This document shows positions 45,216 to 59,392 of a stretch of 64,000 nt of DNA, piece by piece. Source of the DNA: Tubulanus polymorphus (lineage: Eukaryota; Animalia; Nemertea); the NCBI RefSeq assembly GCF_964204645.1, contig NC_134027.1:25134560-25198559 (forward strand). The letters run 5' to 3'. Each line of letters begins with the position of its first letter. Positions within the stretch are counted from its first letter, which is position 1. The notes below the pieces were generated by a model. The model ran no database searches. It saw only the letters and a list, made by a program, of their open reading frames with translations, and was not told the origin of the DNA. Position numbers and translations under genes: made by a program.

Positions 45216-48200
45216 TTTTCTGGGATGTTTTTACCGCGAATCAGTCCTAATGGGTAGAGGTGGGAGGTTTATGCGCTCTAGTACCTGTAGACGGGTCTTC
45301 GCGGATAGATTTTAGTCGTGGGAATCGAAATCTGGTCGCGTTCCGGCTTTTTGCGATAAGATTGCGAAGCAAGTTGTCAAATTGATAATGAAACGCCGTT
45401 TAAAATGTTAGGGACACTCAGTCCCGTGCGTAGGGAGTATATACTGAATGCTCTGTATATATTTGCGCAATTAATATCATTTCCGATATCATTCCCGGTA
45501 TCAAAAATTTAAAACAATTTTTTCAGTTCACATCCGTTGTTTTGAAACCCTATACGAAACCATTGAATGATGGCAAAATCTTTAAATACTTTATATTCCC
45601 CTGTATCTAAAAATCTTATTTGTCTAAATTATATGTATGATAATTTCGTCGGTCATGACAAAGTCGAAGTAGATTTTCTCAACCCGTTTCGCGGTTGAAA
45701 TTTTATTCTGCGGTTTAGAACATTGGAACAGTTTTTTTTTATCTCGGAAGTCTAATCTATCTCACAACTTCACTATGGGTCTCGGGGGCTGTGTCGCACA
45801 GACTAGAGGAACCAGTACCATATGGCTTAGATTTAAGACCAGCATAAAGAAATTTTAGTTCTTTAACCAAACGAACTTAAACGGTCGGTCTGCGTCCAGC
45901 ACGCAGTTCCACAGTTGGAGTTAAACAACAACCAAAAAAAACATCGGGACAGATTTTGAATTCTAAGGGCCAAACATAACTTATGATTATAGAACTGGGT
46001 CCTGGGGGACAGCGCTTTGCTCCAGAACCAGTCCCGCAGTTTCTGTAGTCGAAGCAGAATTAAGGCATATCTACGTCGTATACTCGAGTTGTTGTCATAT
46101 AGAACCTGTCGCTAAAAACACCGAATCAAAACAACCTATTCATAGATATATGTATTTATCTATCCGTGGAATTAAGCAACAAATTAAATACCGATTGAAA
46201 AAAATTCATTCAAACTCAGCCTTCGGATTTGATTCGAACTGACTGAAATTCTAGCACCTGTGGCGAGTGTAATGACATTTCAATAAATCAAGTTCAACAT
46301 TAGGTGAAAGTCATTTATAAACCTGAATGATTAATGCGTTTAATGAACTGAATTAACCGTTCTTCAGAACAGAGTATATATTCAAACCTGTTTTCCCTCT
46401 CTCTCTCTCTTTCTACTTGTTAGAATTAGGACAGTTACCCGGCCCTAATGAACGAAGATTCTTCGAGTATTAAGAAATGTTTTTCAAAAGAGCCGATTAT
46501 TCATAACACGTTCATAACTGACTTCCGTGAAAACCTCTTACATCATTTAGACATTTTTACGACGTCTGCTTTTTTCGAAAGTCCAATAAATTTCAATCTA
46601 GATCGTCGTCTTCTTAATATAGAATGATCGACAAATATTTATTCGTATCCATAAAAACAGACGACAAATAAATTGCGATGATAAATAATTTCTGAATTGA
46701 ATCTATTCGAAGTTGGAACAAAAGCCCATCGCAGTTCCACAGTTGTGTGCGTTTGATTTGCTAATTGTTTAACCCACGTCCACTGTTGTGTGGGTTCAAT
46801 TTGTCCCTAGATCTGAGTTCCAAAGTTATGTTTAATTTGTCTATGGCCCCGTGTATATACCCAAAATGTGATTACGAACCCATCTACCGTTCCCCAGGTG
46901 TGTCAGTTTTTTACTGTGGACACAGTTACACGGTTGCTTGATGTGAATCGTCCTACAATCGATTCTTTCATTTGAAATAGTGACTAAAGGCCCAATTTTA
47001 ATACCCATACCCACGCGGGGTTTCGTACACGAGAAACAAGAACACACTTATTACGTTTGATATAAGTTTATTCAGAATAATGAAACCTACACGAAATCCG
47101 TTCGCGTTCACAGGTTGTGAATACAAGGCGTGTGAAAATTCGCGAATGAAATATGTTTCATCGACATGTGACAAGATAAACTGTGAAAGTCAAAACAGAA
47201 ATAACCGAAATGCCCGCGATATTCCGTACATTCGACATATGATTCATAGTCGGGTCGTTACAATATTCAAATACCTTACAAATCCATGTATATAAAAATG
47301 GATATTTGTTTTCAGAATATATTTTGGCAGAGACAAACACATTCAATGGTGCCGTTATTCAATATGTTGTATATCGTACAGATTTTCCGGTTATCGAAAT
47401 AACGATTGTTAACAAATCCTTCATATGATTTCTTCAGGTCTAGGTCCTGATAATCAAGTGTCTGGTAAACAATGGAATGCGTGCATCAAGTTTGTGTACC
47501 AAGAGACGGTATAGTAAATCCAAACGTTGAGCCCTTCCTCGCAAAACTAGACCCTCTAAAAAGACTCATCTAACAAAAGACATTGTCTATTCAAGTTTTG
47601 CTCGGGAGTGCATTGGCTTTCTTCCAAAATGTGCTCTTTTTGGCTTATCACACTTCAAAACCCCTGATATTGAGCTTTCAAATATATTCTGCTTTCAATA
47701 TTGAGCTTTCAAAAATAATTTCTGATATTTAGCAATTTTTTCTCATACATAGAGGGTCGCTGCCCTCGCATATACTTTCCTAGTGGCCTTAAGGCTGAAC
47801 TTTCATTGATGAGAAATTTCTCGGAATTTCCACGTCACGGCGTCATTGATGTAAATTCTTGTCGTGTGCGCGATATTTCACGAAAGAAAGGAAAGAAAGG
47901 TCGCACTGCAAGAGCTGAACAACAACATAACAGCAACGCACAATCATTCATTCTCTCGATCGCTTTTCCTTCATTTATTTCGACTACGATCAATACTCGA
48001 TGAATAAAAACTAAATACCGATTGACATGGATTTAATTTGACGCGAACGACATCGTGCAATAAATTATTTACTCTACTCGCGAACTAAAAACAGCGCCTA
48101 TTTACAAGAAGAAAAGGAGAGAGTGTCTTGGTACACACAATACCGGTTCACGCATTCATGAATGACAACTCCTTGAAAGCAGACGATCTTCATTCACTTC

Positions 48201-49422
48201 GCCGTGGAACTCAGGGACTCCACATTTACTAATGGTAAGCTTAACGATTTCTTTCTTATTATTTTTATTAAATTGACACACAGAACGTGTCGAAAGATCG
48301 CCATTCTCCTTTAAATATTCTCCTTTAATTTCTTCGTAATTGTGGAAGTTTTAATAATATTCGAACTATAGACGCTTGAATCACATCTCACGGATACCAA
48401 TACTCTATATGTTATGTTTAGAGTTGATACGACGTTTTAACAATCTTCACTCTGAACGAATATGATTTGCCTGTCTTGGTATAGTCTGTTATTTGCCGTG
48501 TATTGTCTCCAACTCGAAGGTCGCGTCTCTTACGAACCCATCACAACTGCCGGGAACGAAACAGGGGGTTTGATTTCGAAATTTGAAATCGAAGTACAAA
48601 ATTGGAAACAACGGTTGTCTGAGTTTTTTCACAAAAGGACGAAGTAAATTGACGATCACCTCGATGTGGAACTCTAGGCGCTCTTCCCTTAAGTATGTTC
48701 ACCGCCATTTGGTCCTTCACATGAATCTACGAGCGTTTATCTAACAGTTAGATAATTGCTCGTAGCATGAATCTAATCGATGTAAATAGAACATTTACCA
48801 TATTCCTACAGAGGAACCTCATTGATACGAATCTTGTGGGCAAAAGTGAAATTGTCATATTAAATGGGTCTCGTATCCAAATCTTGATTGATATGAATAT
48901 GTTAGCTGGGATATGCTGGATTATCGTGATAAACGGGTTTCGTCTTTAACAGAATTACAGTATATTAACGAGGTTCAACTGTGTTAAGACAATGAACTGA
49001 TCAAACAAATCCTCTCATCGTGAATAAATTGATAAACATTTATAACTGAAGTCTTCTGTTATCGAAGCCTTATCAGGTGGCGGCCTACTCGAAAATACTC
49101 TGTAATATTGCGATGGCCGTCATAGATTTATAGCCAAACTATATACTCGATCATAATTGGAAATAAATCATTAATCATAATGGATATATGCGTTGCCTTA
49201 TCGTCAGAGAGCTGTTTACTCTAAAATCCTGAAATATTTTAATAGCCTAGTTTTATGCGCACGTATAAACTGGCTTCCAATATTTGTGTGTAAATTCGCC
49301 TCGTTCGTTTGACAACTACGACTCAAAACGATCGGGGGAAAAATAAACATTGCAATTCGTTCTTCTTACAGGACGCGCAGTTCGGAATACTGGATTTATA
49401 GCTACGAGTTTCAGAGAAAGCG

Positions 49423-52400
49423 ATGAATCCGTCTGAAGTACAGTCGGCGGCTTCCCCGCTGACTGGAGTGTCGACCACAGAGATGGCCGCCGACGCCCGC
49501 TTTGAAATACACGCCCGATACCTGGATCGTCTCTCCGTGAACCTGAACACAAATCCGCTCGGACTTAAAACCGGACCTAACAGGTACAAATATATATATA
49601 TTAGAAATGTTTGAATGGAAAAGTGTTGAGTTCTGTGATAGTGTGAGTGACTTGGATTATGGACTTTTTAACAATTGACAAATTAATCAATTCCAAAATA
49701 AAAATCTAACGGGACTCCCGAAGCTGATTTGAGAGTGAAATATTTACCCCGTTCCAACGTAATATTGTCAGTTCAGATTTTACCCAGATTCGATACAAGT
49801 TAACTAATTTGACACGTGACTCCCTTGTTATTAATTTTACCTGAGGACTGTGGTAGAGCTTTTGCTGTGTGGCTGTCACGTGACCGTGGATGACACACAG
49901 ACACTGACAGTGGTGTATATACTTTAGATGAATTTGAGATTGTGTTATGAGGTGGTGACTACAAAATAAACACGTGTACTTTGCAAAGCAGATGTGGATT
50001 TAGGGGGTGGTCTCGATGGTCCGGATCCCCGCTTTTGCAGAGATTGCCCTTTTCGCCAATACAGATTTCGTTAAAATATGTAAATTCAACACTTATCCTC
50101 TCTGAAATTGTAACCTTTCGAATGTATTCCTTCAAAACTATCTAAAACCAAGGCCCGAACAATGTGGAACCCTAATAGAGGCCTTTGACGATGGCTGCTT
50201 TATCCGAGAAATGCATTTTATTTTCGTCTAGACGTCTTCCAAGTTTCCTAAATCCACCACCTGTAAAGTCGATTCCAGACTCGAATTCTATGGAGGGTAA
50301 TGACTAGATAAGATTCGATGGAATTCGGGTCTTGGTAGGAGAGTAATTGACGTTATTTTTATCTCATTCGTAAACTTATGCGACGTAAGACTCCGCGTGA
50401 ACTGGGCGTAGTAGGTGTCATATAACGTAGATCTGTAATAGCGCGGTGTCTAATTTTAGTAGCGCATCACTCGAGATGAGAATCTAATTAATGACGGATG
50501 ATACGGCACCGCGCGTTCATGTCTGTCTGCTGCGTGGTACTCGTTATAATTACGACTGTATCGTAAATACTTCATTACTCACGCCACTTCCTAAACTATC
50601 CTCACCTTATACCTCTTATTTGCAGGGATGTCAGAGATTTCTTCGCTGTACATAGACCAGCCAACAAGTAAGTTATCTTACTATTTATGAATTTCATTTC
50701 TCAATAAATATCAGAGCGTGTAAATAGTTACGATATATATTGCATTAACAGAATATAATTTTTTGAAAGGACACCCCCAAGTCTAGAGACTGTACCAAAT
50801 GATGGGGGATGCCCCAAAAAATCAATAGTTAATATACATAATCAAAGTATTAAAGAACTTCCTTCGCAATACGTGTTATCAATATCATTCCGTCAGCGTC
50901 GTCGTTGTTTCATTGGTTTCGTGTTTTGCTAGTTAGGCTTATGCTGTCTGTCCCATTGATACTTATAGTTAATAAAACGTAAAAATCTATGAGAATATAA
51001 AGAAATACATATTTCGGGTGGTAAGTATTACCCTTCGTCAGTCTGTAATGATATTGGATATACCGAAAAAACATAAAGAGGTAAACTGTAGTTTTTGGTA
51101 TACGCATAATCTGACGGAGGGTGTGGGCTACCGCATTATTAATTATCCTCAACCACTTTTTTCTCTGTCTTTGTCTTTCAATTCTTCTCTTGTTTTACCT
51201 TTTTTTATTAACATGGGTGCTTTAAGTAGTGGCCCTCGCCTTCCCAATCATCTTCTACGTATTACGATTCACTTGTTTTTTGATGAATATTTTCAAGTTT
51301 GAAACGTGTTCATTTATAATAACGGTGCTATAGCTGTAAAGCAGCGATAACGGGTTTTCTGCACAGCCTTGTTCATATTCTTGATCTTGTCCGGATAATG
51401 TGTCGACCACGAAAGCGTGTATGCTGACGCAGCCCCACTTTGCTATGAAAATGAAGGGAATTTAGAATCATTATCATCAATTATTTGATACCGTCTCAGC
51501 GGGTATATAGCATATAAATATTCTAAAAAACAATTTTCATAAACGATATTGAAGGAAAAGTTACTAAATACACGTCTTGAATGATAAATCTTTATTTCTG
51601 ATAATGAATAAGATTTTATTTCGAAAATACAAAATCGTGTCGTTCCATTATAAAATGTAAAATAATCATGTATGTAATTACTATGATCCATACGATTCTC
51701 CTCGTTGACGTATTGTTATTGAGATGGATAATTTTAGGTATTAGTGCAGGATTGGATCATATTATATGTATATCTGTATTTCATATGTAGTTTATTTTCC
51801 AAGCAAAAACAAATGGTCATGCGTAACAAATAGTAAAAAAGGATAAAACATAGTCGTGTCAACGCATGGTTTCATACCTGTGCTAAAACTAATTGCGTAA
51901 AATACAGAATAGAATTCATCACTGACATAAATACAATACCAGTTCAGTGGAAATATGATTATTAGGTTCGTAAATGTTCAACGATAAGTTTGAACGGAGA
52001 TAAATTACCCGAAATTCGTTCGAATGGAGTAATTCGCGAGAACTGCGTTGCAAAAATTGATTTTTTCACTGCTTTGTGAAAAAAAATTCTAATAACGAAA
52101 ACGAAAACAAATTGATTTATTATATTATATTCTTTCTAAGACTTCACTCGTTCAATGTCTAACGGAGTACTCAGAGCGGTTTCTCGAATAAGCGCAGACA
52201 CTGGTCGCCTACACACCGCTGTTCGGCTGCCATTGTTCCGTCGTGTGAATATCAAGAATTAAATTCCGCCGATAAATCGTTTCCCGAGACTCGAAATACC
52301 AAATAAAAATTCTCCCCGAGTCCTTTCTGTTTCTTGATCGAACGCGCGAATAACTCATATTAACATTTGCAGAAAAAAAATCATTTCATAATAACATTAA

Positions 52401-55265
52401 ATTTCGTGTATGCTGTCCTGTCCTTTGTTTTGATATTTCAGATTTATTTTGTTCGCGGCCAGGTATAGGTCTCCTTGTCTACATACAGAAAATAAATGAA
52501 ATAGGCGTTCATCATTTCCATAGTGACACATTGATGAATACGCCATGAGATAAATCTCATTAAGTCCTGATAGTACTCTCTATACGGGTACCCCAATTAG
52601 AACGAGTGGTTGAACACATATCGAAAATAATGTGGATGAGGCGAAAAGTCGTAAATTATATGAATTTTTTAAAAAGAAAAAAATATCACGGAAAATTCAA
52701 CCTAAAATTGATTTTCGTTTGGAAAATCGCATAATTGTTATCAAAGATATGACAATCCCATCGTTTCCATTTGACTTCTCGACTTCGAGATTTGTCTTCC
52801 AAGACTGATAATATTTATTGGATTGTCCATTTAACCTCGCGACGGTAGGCCAGCTGGTCACTCGTAATTGATATTGATTGCAACAGCTTATCTCAATTAG
52901 TACTCTGACATTCACATGTTTTACTTATACATTTTTTTTCAGGATAACGACTGATTTGAAATTTCGCAACTACAAGAGCCCTCGACTAGAGGCGAGTACC
53001 GCATTCGACGCCCGGCTGAGAAAACCGCTTTCAAACGCGAACAGCTACCGGTCGGTGGACCGATTCAGCCGCGAGTACCGAACGAAAAAAATCCTCGCCG
53101 ACGACGAGCGATTAGCGACGATGCAAAAACGGAAACAGCAGAAAGAGAACCGATCGCGTCACGGGTCGAGTATCGAGTCGAATTCGATCGCCAGTACAAC
53201 GCCGAGAAAATGGCGCAACAATCCGTTAGATTCGAATATCGACGACGAAAAACGTCTGCCGTATATCGATCAGAAACGAGCCAATCAAAAACTGCGCAAA
53301 GAATACGGCGATAACATCCGGCAGAAAATGTTCGCGTCGAAAAATCGTCAGAAATTTCGCGTTAATTACGATTACGTAGATTTGAATAGTTCGTTAAGTT
53401 CGAGCGATAAAGTATTACTGGGCGGCGACGATGACGTCACGATGGACACCCCGACCGCCAGATACATCGGGAGTAGAAATAGAAACGGCGTTCGCGAAAC
53501 CCCGGATTCAAATTACAGTAAATCGTCTTCGAGGAAGAATGAACTGTATACCGGGTACGGTAATCAGAAAACGGGACGGGGATTTGTGTCGCGGAGTTTA
53601 CCGAACGAAACACGAATACCCAGACGACTACCACAGTTGAACGGGGATAATCGGAGCAGTCCGCGTTTACCACAGCTAGATCTAAGCGACGTAAATCGCC
53701 GGAGCACTTCGCGAATGGAATCGGAATCGCCGCGTGCTAAAAACTATACCCGCGGTTACATGAACAAAGGCAATTTCTTTCCGACCGAACCGGATATTTC
53801 ATTTTCGCCTTCGATTGACTTCCCGGAAAATCGGAGACCGTTACCGTCCGTGAAGCGGGTCAACACGCCAACCAGTCCCGATCATCTATTCAACGTTCAT
53901 CACATCGCGCTGTCTCCGAGAACGGCGAAACCAGCGGCGGCGTCAACAAAACGGTCGACTCCGCCGCGATATATGGGCGATTATGAAATTCTCGACGAGC
54001 CGACTCACTACAGTTCGCGAAGTACAAGTTCAGAAGATTTCGCCAGGGATAGCCCGAAGTATATAGCCTCGTACGGGCTGGAGAGCGTTAAAATCGCTAA
54101 TCTAATGAGGACGGACTACGACGAACGGTCACAGGAGCGACGGAGCAGTCGAGAGGAGCGTGGCTGGAGCGGCGGTGAATGGCGGGATAATTCGGTTTTG
54201 TCAGGGGCGAGTAAAATCAGTGCCGAGTCGAAACTCAGCACCGAGACCAAGCGAGAGAATGAATCGAGTTTTACCGCTGTAGATGCGGAGCAGCCGGGAG
54301 AATCGGAAGATCTAGATCCGACCGATTCGACCAATATTATCATTGAAGATCCAGCAACAACAACAACCGACGATATGGAACGCGGAATAACCCCGATTCC
54401 TACTGATGGATTTAGCAGACAGAAATCTTCAGAGGCCGGAGAAGGCACTGAATCGCCAGCACTGAGTACCGACTTGAGCCAACGGAAATCTCCGAACACT
54501 AACGACGATGATGCACGGTCCCGCGAAATAACTCCCAGTGATGGCGATTTGGGCAGGCGAAAATCCCCCGAAGCTGACGATGTCACGAATGAAACTAACG
54601 AAGCGACTCCGAAAACCGACGAAGATGTCAGCGAATCGAGAGTCGCGACGCCATTTCCGAGTAGCAGCGATTTGGGCAGACGAACGGCTGAAGAAGAAAC
54701 CAGTGAAGCGATGAATGAGAGTGAAAATCCGACAACTCCAACAGCCACTGAATTACTCGTTACAGAAGAAGAGGAAAGAGCAACCACGTCGACTCCAGCT
54801 AGAGATGACTCGGTAACCGACGCTGATATTTCAACCAATGATAATCAAGATGACACGGCGACGACCAATCACGAGGAATTTCCGGTTGAAGAGACTCAAA
54901 CCGACTACGAAGCAGAAATTCGATTTTCCGTAGATGAATTCGACCGGGCTTCGTCAAACATGAGCCAAATTCGTCAGTCACCTTTCGACGAGAAAGACGA
55001 GGGCTCGACGTCGGCGACATCTATCGTCGTGGATGGTGACTGCGAAGCAGACGATCCGAAATCTAGGGCCGATTATTCGGATGAATTGAAGAGGGAAAAT
55101 TCACCTGAAATTATCGCTTACGGTTTGACAGTACCCGGTACTGTACAGGCAGAAAGATTGATCAAAATCAGCGATAAACAATCCAGCTCTGATGGAGCCG
55201 ATATCCCAGAGATACGAATGATCACCGCTACCCCGCTACCACATGACTACTTCGACAATTTATAG
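49423..55265 (+). CDS. Large, probably intrinsically disordered protein of unknown function (~840-850 aa)
   Basis: Frame-compatible phase-2 exons 49423-49583, 50626-50667, optional 52442-52462, and a 2.3-kb last exon 52943-55265. R/S/P-rich basic first half, E/D/T/S-rich acidic second half; no recognisable domain. Confidence 0.75.
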
Positions 55266-56329
55266 GATAAGGAAAATATGTGATGGAGTATACAGTGTGC
55301 GCTGGTCTTTGGTTTGGTACCAAAATCGGAATTTTATTCTTCGAACTTAAAGCAACCGAACTAAGACGGTCTTTGATGAAGTGACTATCTTCCTTTTTAT
55401 CCACTTAGAGAGGACTGTTTGATGTATAATCTTCGATCCTGACATTTTTAGGTCGTGGCTGGAATACTTAAAATATAAGCTATCTATGATGTTGTTATGT
55501 TTATGGTTCCTAGATATTATATAAAATATTACTCAAATGTTATACCCTGTGAATGCGTTGTGAAAAATCAATAATTCGTTACTTGTCGCATTCAATAGAT
55601 ATTTCATTGTGTGTCTAGTTTTTCGAACTTTTTAACGTTTTAGTTTGCGGAGTGACTCATTCGTCATATGGTGTTGTAAATCTTAGTTCATAGACGTAGA
55701 CCACTAGATGGGTATAATTTGTGCAAAAACGACTGTCAAACTAATTTGATTAAGTTCAATAACATAAGACAAATAATTACGTTGCCTTATTATCTAATTT
55801 CTTAGGAATTTGAATTGATTTGGAGTTCGCAGAAGCATTTCGATTGGTGGCTGGTAGACTGGTTGAATTTAGTATTTCAGAGTCAACTGTGGGTTTTGTA
55901 AATTATTCTCGAATGTTGTTTAGCGCCATTTCGGGCGCATTTTTCTCCCTCACATAAAAGGGTATTACGATTATGTACCCCATCTAGTGGATTTTCAATC
56001 AACTAAACTCACAATAGAGTTTGTTGGTCGTAACCCCGGCAAACCCGGTTAGGATGATGATGGTTATGATGGTTCATTATGGCGCCCATTCCACTGATAA
56101 ACAATGTTCATAGGTGATCCTCGAAGATTATTATTACGCCGGACCTTATCTGGAATAGGCTTTCATCTTTCTCTTACCCTGGGGGAGATTGTAGTTCCTG
56201 AGCTGCACTTCAGCGATACAAGGTACTTACTACTCTGTCCAGTAGCAAATGTGAATTGATGCCTTGCCTAAGAGCACTACAGAACAACCGGGGTTCGAAC
56301 ACGCGAACAATGTCCCGAGGACAACGTCA

Positions 56330-58148
56330 GCGTGCCCGGACAGCAACATCCCAACTGTAAGACTTCAACATTCGATCCGATACTACGCGCATGGGTTTCT
56401 TACTAAGCCATGCAGAGGCTATCAACCTCACATCGCTGCCCGGCAAAATATAAGTTTTGATGAGATTATTGCGGTGGAATCGATGGAATCGATCTGTCTG
56501 ACTGTAACAACACTTGGTTCCCCGTCGATTCTACGTCCGGTTACGTCGTTTCACCGAATTACCCGTCGTTAACGCGCGGTGTTGAATGTCGTTGGTTCCT
56601 ATACAGTTCTTTACCGGGAACTTTCAACATCAAACTATATTACGATATCGAGCCATCAATATTCTGTGATGAAAACTATCTTCTCGTCGGTGAGTCCGAT
56701 TGCAGATTCTGCGGTGATGGAGACCGAGAAATCCACCGTAACAATTCGATCTCGTTTATGTTTAGAAGTAACGGCGATGGTGCGCGAGGTAGTCGGGTTT
56801 ATATCGTGTATCGTTATGAACGAAGCCATTTGAATATAAGTCATAACTGTAGAAGCAATTTGCTTACATTGGGCAAATTACGAACATCGAAGGGGTACAA
56901 ATTTGCAATAAATCGATTAACATGCCAGCTCTATCTAGAATGGGTCGGACTTGCGGATAAACTTGGTCTGAATCTGACATTCACAGGTGTTACTTTTAAA
57001 ACGTATCCTATATTCGAGTTGGCTTCGGTTAAAATTCATGACGGCTGGAACACCAACAGTGAACCTATCGCTAATATACCTGAACAAATGGGACTACCAT
57101 CGGTAACATTTTACACGAAAACCAACAAGGCCGTCATCGTAGGTTTGCCGTATCAAAACATATTTCATGCGCAATTACTAGTGCAAATTTACAAAATATC
57201 AGATTGACTGATCAATTTTCCTCCTGTTCAGACCTGATGGATAACGCAGTCCTCAGAGCGATCATCTGGGTCATCGCTGCATTCAGTTGCATTGCAAACA
57301 GCTTTGTGATTCTATTTCGTTTTCGATCAATACGATCAATTTCATCCTCTGAATCACGTAGCACACCTTCTGACATTCTCATCATCAATATCGCAGCTTG
57401 TGATTTTCTGATGTCGATTTATTTGTTTGTGATCGCGGGATCAGATTACGTATATAGAGGAGTTTATTTCCTAAATTCAGAAACTTGGACGGACAGTTCG
57501 CTGTGCGGTTTCGCTGGTGTTATGGTCACTCTATCATGTGAAGGCTCATTGACGTTTCTGTGTATTCTAACACGTCATAGATTTACAAAGATGGTTCATC
57601 CATTTTCTGGAAGCCGAATAACATCTTCGGGATATGTATGTTTCATATGTTTCCTGGTTTGGTTTATAGTTGGATTTATTTCATTAGTGCCACTGATACC
57701 ATCATCTTATTTCGGGGACCACTTCTATGGTACTACTGGAGTTTGTTTACCTATGAATTTAATTTCTATTGATGTCAACGCCTGGCAATATTCATTCGCA
57801 ATTTTTGCCGGGTTCAACTCGGTTATACTTGCAACAATAATGATGACTTACGCGCAAATGTACAGACTCGTATCGGGAAGCAGGTCTGGTTCGGGTAGAA
57901 TTGATCCAACCGAACTGATTCTAGCGCGTAGGAGTTTGGTGATTAATCTTTCTAATTTATTTTGCTGGCTGCCGATAATTACCGTTCAGTTTTGCGCGGT
58001 GATTCGAGTAGAAATACCGAATCAGGTGGCAGCTTGGCTGGCGGTTCATTTCCTACAGATCAACTCGTCCCTTAATCCCCTTCTTTACACGAAAATAACT
58101 ATTGATATGAAATTTATACAAGCAAGAACTAAACGCCGACACCGATAA
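56330..58148 (+). pseudogene. Intronless, disrupted GRL101/LGR-type GPCR: lectin-like remnant, CUB, degenerate CUB, hinge, 7TM
   Basis: Frame from ~56464 reads DYCGG..SGYVVSPNYPS..VECRW..FCG..FRSNG (CUB), then IHDGWNTNSEPIA (second CUB) and stops at 57207. An overlapping frame gives DQFSSCSDLM (LGR hinge), INIAACDFLMSIYL, GTTGVCLP and NSSLNPLLYT. In-frame stops lie upstream at ~56400-56463. Confidence 0.75.
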
Positions 58149-58739
58149 AAAATTAACAACATTCCTAAAGTTGCTGTGCTCCCTACGTTTCTCTAAAAGT
58201 GAGAGGCCGCAGAAGACGAATCGACGATGAACCGAAACCCAAATCATGATCGGTTCCATTAAAACGGATTGACAGCAGTCGATGACGACCTCGATTGATT
58301 CTAGTTGAAAACTCAAAATATTTGCATAGACATTATTTTTAGAATTCCTTTATTGAAGAGAAGAAAACAACCATAGAAAACGGTAAAAATGAAAATACCG
58401 AAAACCTTTGGCCTAGAACAACTAAACCCCTATTACTTGCATGGCTGCCATTGAAGCAGTTATTTATTAATTTTTTGATTTATTGCTACGTGTCGAATTA
58501 AATATATACTAGTCTTAGATACTATAGATATATAGTAAGTAATCTTCCTTTGTGGTCCGGTATATAAAACGATAGCGAATATCGGTGTTTTGGCTCAATT
58601 TCAGTATGACCGAAACAACATCGTTCTATTGAGTTTAGGTAACTTTGACTCGCAGATATAAGATATATCGGCCTGATTCTTTACACCTCGTAACCGAAGA
58701 CAAGCTCGGCGTGATTCTACGAGGACCAGCTTAATTCAA

Positions 58740-59100
58740 TTACCAACGAAATGAACTCAACCAAAAATGTCTTTTTCTATAAATCCGGGTTAAATATCAT
58801 ATTTTACATGCATTCATGTATAGATGGACTGTTGGATACGAAATAGTTAAACATCTGATTTAAATCGGAAAATGATTTAATTTGTGTCTGAGCAGTTTGC
58901 AAAATTCAAAGTTGACTTTGACCAGAAAGGCGAAGTTCACAGTATGGATATATGAATATTTTGCCAGTTTTCGAAGTAAACATTCAAGATTTTTTAGACG
59001 CGGTAAACTGAAGAAAATAATAACATCGTTTTGACGACGCTTTACAAAATCCATATAGGTACGGATACCATGACTTAATAGACCGTTTTACAAGCAGCAT
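58740..59100. repeat. Diverged local duplicate of 62305-62985
   Basis: Shared colinear blocks ccaacgaaat, ataaatc..ggttaaa..catattttacatgcatt..tgt.tagatggactg, atagttaaa.atc.gatt, gcgctttacaaaatcc and atagacc.ttttacaa. Confidence 0.65.
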
Positions 59101-59392
59101 ATATTTCACAGTGAGGTGGTGAAGTAATATATCTACATAAGAGCGAATTATCTCTTTGTGCAAATGTTACAATTTGTATTCAATTCAATTTCATGAATAC
59201 TGTGCATTCAGTCTATATGAATATCTGCAAAGTTAATCTTGTTAGGCGTCCGTTTTGAAAATGTGACGCCGAGATTTTGCTTAGATTTTAAGTTCTATTC
59301 GTCAACTAATTTCCATCTTCCGCGGCTTCCATTGTACGTGCGGGTGTGTGGGATTGATCGCTTGTTGAAGCTGTCGCAGTACATGTTTGGTG

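Noticed and set aside
54116-54838. 240-aa antisense ORF
   Set aside because: Shadow of the low-complexity sense exon; no independent coding evidence.
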